Positions 60,335 to 64,000 of a stretch of DNA of 64,000 nucleotides are shown here, piece by piece. This DNA is from Mustelus asterias (taxonomy: Eukaryota). Location of the stretch: positions 806,001-870,000 of the forward strand of contig NW_027590164.1 in assembly GCF_964213995.1 (NCBI RefSeq), written 5' to 3'. Numbering within the stretch: the first letter of the stretch is position 1; the number at the start of each line of letters is the position of its first letter. The notes beneath the pieces are model-generated. The model had not been told where the DNA came from. It searched no databases and saw only the letters and a program-made list of their open reading frames with translations. The translations under genes were made by a program, and so were the position numbers.

Positions 60335-62828
60335 CCATAGAACCATAGAACCATAGAAAATTACAGCTCAGAAACAGGCCTTTTGGCCCTTCTTGTCTGT
60401 GCCGAACCATTTTTTGCCTAGTCCCACTGACCTGCACTTGGACCATATCCCTCCACACCCCTCTCGTCCATGAACCCGTCCAAGTTTTTCTTAAATGTTA
60501 AAAGCATTTACCCCTTTATCCGGCAGCTCATTCCACACTCCCACCACTCTCTGCGTGAAGAAGCGCCACCTAATATTCTCTTTAAACTTTTCTCCTTTCA
60601 CCCTTAACTCATGCCCTCTGGTTTATTTCTCCCCGAGCCTCAGCGGAAAAAGCCTGCTTGCATTCACTCTATCTATACCCATCAAAATCTTATACACCTC
60701 TATCAAATCTCCCCTCAACCTTCTACGCTCCAGGGAATAAAGTCCCAACCTATTCAATCTCTCTCTGTAACTCAGCTTCTCAAGTCCCGGAAACATCCTT
60801 GTGAACCTTCTCTGCACTCTTTCAACCTTATTTACATCCTCCCTGTAACTAGGTGACCAAAACTGTACACAATACTCCAAATTCGGCCTCACCATGCCTT
60901 ATATAACCTTACCATAACACTCCAACTTTTTTACTCGATACTCCGATTTATAAAGGCCAATGTACCAAAGGCACTCTTTACGACCCTATCCACCTGTGAC
61001 GTCACTTTTAGGGAATTCTGTACCTGTATTCCCAGATCCCTGTGTTCAAATGCACTCTTCAGAGTCCTACTATTTACCCTGTACGTTCTTCTTTGGTTTG
61101 TCCTTCCAAAGTGCAATATCTCACACTTGTCTGCGTTAAATTCCATTTGCCATTTTTCAGCCCATTTTTCTAGTTGGTCCAAATCCCTCTGCAAGCTTTG
61201 AAAACCTTCCTCACTGTCCACTACACCTCCAATCTTTGTATCATCAGCAAACTTGCTGATCCAATTTACCACATTATCATCCAGATCATTGATATAGATG
61301 ACAAACAACAATGGACCCAACACCGATCCCTGTGGCACACCACTAGTCACAGGCCTCCACTCAGAGAAGCAATCCTCCACAACCACTATCTGGCTTCTTC
61401 CATTGAGCCAGTGTCTTATCCAATTTACTACCTCCCCATGTATACCTAGCGACTGAACCTTCCTAACTAACCTCCCATGAGGGACCTTGTCAAAAGCCTT
61501 GCTGAAGTCCAGGGAGACAACATCCACCGCCTTCCCTTCATCCACTTTCCTGGTAACCTCCTCGAAAAACTCTAATAGATTGGTCAAACATGACCTACCA
61601 CGCACAAAGTCATGTTGACTCTCCCTAATAAGTCCCTGTCTATCCAGATATTTGTAGATCCTATCCCTTATCACACCTTCCAATAACTTGCCCACCACCG
61701 ACGTCAAACTTACTGGCCTATAATTTCCCGGATTTCTTTTGGAACCTTTTTTAAACAACGGAACAACATGAGCCACCCTCCAATCATCCGGCACCTCCCC
61801 CGTAAATACTGACATTTTAAATATGTCTGCCAGGGCCCCTGCAAGTTCAACACTAGCCTCCCTCAAGGTCCGTGGGAATACCCTGTCCGGTCCTGGGGAT
61901 TTATCCACTCTGATTTGCCTCAAGACAGCGAGCACCTCCTCCCCTTTAATCTGTAAAGGTTCCATGACCTCCCTACCAGTTTGCCCTATTTCCGTAGACT
62001 CCATGCCCGTTTCCTCAGTAAATACGGATGCAAAAAAACCATTTAGTATCTCCCCCATCTCTTTTGGTTCCATACACAGTCTACCACTCTGGTTTTCAAG
62101 AGGACCAATTTTATCCCTCACTATCCTTTTGATCCTGACATACCTGTAGAAGCTCTTTGGATTTTCCTTCACTCTGTCTGCCAAAGCAACCTCGTGTCTT
62201 CTTTTAGCCCTCCTGAATTCCCTCTTAAGTAGTTTCTTGCACTTTTTATACTCCTCGAGCATCTGATCTGTTCCTTGCTGCCTGTACATTTCGTACAACT
62301 CTCTCTTCCTCTTAATCAGTGTTACAATCTCCCTCGAGAACCAAGGTTCCTTATTCCTATGTACTTTGCCTTTAATCCTGGCAGGAACATACAAACTCTG
62401 CACTCTCAAAATTTCTCCTTTGAAGGCCTCCCACTTTCCATTTACATCCTTACCAGAGAACAGCCTGTGCCAATCCACACTTCCCAGATCCCTTCTCATT
62501 TCATCAAAATTGGCCTTTTTCCAGTTCAGAACTTCAACCCGAGGACCAGATCTATCCTTATCCACGATCAGGTTGAAACTAATGGCATTATGATCACTGG
62601 ATCCAAAGTGTTCCCTCACACTCACATCCATCACCTGCCCTAACTCATTTCCCAATAGGAGATCCAATATCGCATCCTCTCTAGTTGGCACCTCTATATA
62701 CTGATGTAGAAAATTCTCCTGAACACATTTTACAAACTCTACCCCGTCTAAACCTTTAACAGTATGCGAGTCCCAATCTATATGTGGAAAATTAAAATCC
62801 CCTACTACCACAGCTTTGTGTTTCTTGC
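60335..62828 (-). mobile_element. 5'-truncated CR1 LINE (APE C-terminus + RT, 626-aa ORF)
   Basis: VGDFNFP..LDLLL..SDHN, RT motifs incl. FADD; frameshifts near 60900; (TTCTATGG)n tail. Confidence 0.97.
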
Positions 62829-64000
62829 TGTTTCAATCTGACTATTTTGCTGCCAGCATTGACTTATCTGTCTTTAAAAATCTGTTGGAAAATGGATAAA
62901 TCGCATCTCGAATGACGAGGAGATTACTGGAAATTGATCTTCTTCGTGTCTCACTAAAGTTCCTGATTCTCGACTCAATTATGTGCTGATTTGTGAAAAT
63001 GATGGCGGAAATGACCGTGGATATATAGCCGACAGGAGATAATTACATCTGTAATTCTCAGACTTCTTATTCCTATTAATGCAAAGGATTGAAACATCTG
63101 CTGTTCTCCAGAGATGGAGCAATATTTCTGTTTAACCGTTACATTCGCCAATTCCATGGTAACCATCCTAAATATTTTCTACTGTGTATAGGTTGTACAA
63201 TCTCGGTAACATGACGAATCAGGATCAGGTATATTATGAGGGTGGTCAGACCTTGTGTGATACAAACAGTGATATTGCCTGGTGAACATGGACAGTAGCT
63301 GTTCAAGATGGTAGCTCATCATCACTTTGTCAGGGGCAATTAGGGAAGGGCAACAGATGCCAGTGATGCCCACATCCCATAAATGATTAAAACTTATGCA
63401 GTAACAATAGAGACAGAATCTAATCTAATATAGACAGATGTGCTGGCGCAATGATAACATAAACTGGCCGGGAGAGTCATGTAAACTAATGTATTAGATA
63501 TATAGAATAAGAGAGACAGAACATGATATAACATTTAAATAAACATTTTGTTCCGTGTGATCATTCTAGAAAAAAGTAAATTGTCCAATAATAACTGGCA
63601 GGCGTCAAACGCAGCAAAACCAGATATAGGTTCCAATTCACAACTGATTGGGTAACGGTTTCCAAAAATAATCATAGAGAATTAGAATATTATAAGTTGA
63701 ATGGCCGGCCCCGGTGTTTCACTCACAGAGAGAGCTAGGCCCGGAGTCAGACTGGGACCTGATATAAGGAAGCATATCTTTACGAGGGCCTTGCGCAGGT
63801 TTTCTTGTCATGACGAGTGATGCAGTGATTTGTGTGGCAAACACGGATTGGAAACCGATGACAGCCGCAAGAATGACTGACTCCACCTGACAAAGAGCTG
63901 TTATTCCCATGGGGGGGGGGGGGCGGGGGGGGATCAATCATGGTGGACTCCAAAAAATTCTGTCATCTGAGGTAACAATGGTGAATCTGTTAGAGGAACA

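Noticed and set aside
61174-62643. Plus-strand ORFs of 75-122 aa
   Set aside because: Antisense shadows of the CR1 ORF2

Overview
Repeat-rich vertebrate genomic DNA, almost certainly from a shark or other elasmobranch (HE1/V-SINEs, SacSINE-like elements, many CR1 LINEs, KRAB-less C2H2 ZNF genes, a GPR139-like GPCR). The left part (1-33 kb) holds a head-to-head promoter pair made by an inverted duplication with a CRE-containing 28-bp minisatellite, a ZNF pseudogene, an intact 10-finger ZNF, Gypsy/Tx1/RTE remnants, and a two-exon GPR139-like receptor on the minus strand. The receptor intron carries a decayed CR1 with a nested, inverted-repeat Penelope-like element bearing two minimal hammerhead-ribozyme motifs. 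The right part (34-64 kb) is a tRNA cluster: intact Arg-ACG, an intron-containing Pro-AGG, a tandem array of five decaying Val genes, and Arg/Pro pseudogenes. It is interleaved with three T-cell-receptor alpha/delta-type V pseudogenes (leader exon + V exon, two with a 23-RSS), all on the minus strand. Candidate divergent CTCF sites bracket the first tRNA block. Most notable: the intron-bearing tRNA-Pro family, the tRNA/TCR-V interleaving, the Penelope hammerheads and the duplicated promoter. All calls were made by eye; repeat boundaries are approximate and no database search was run.
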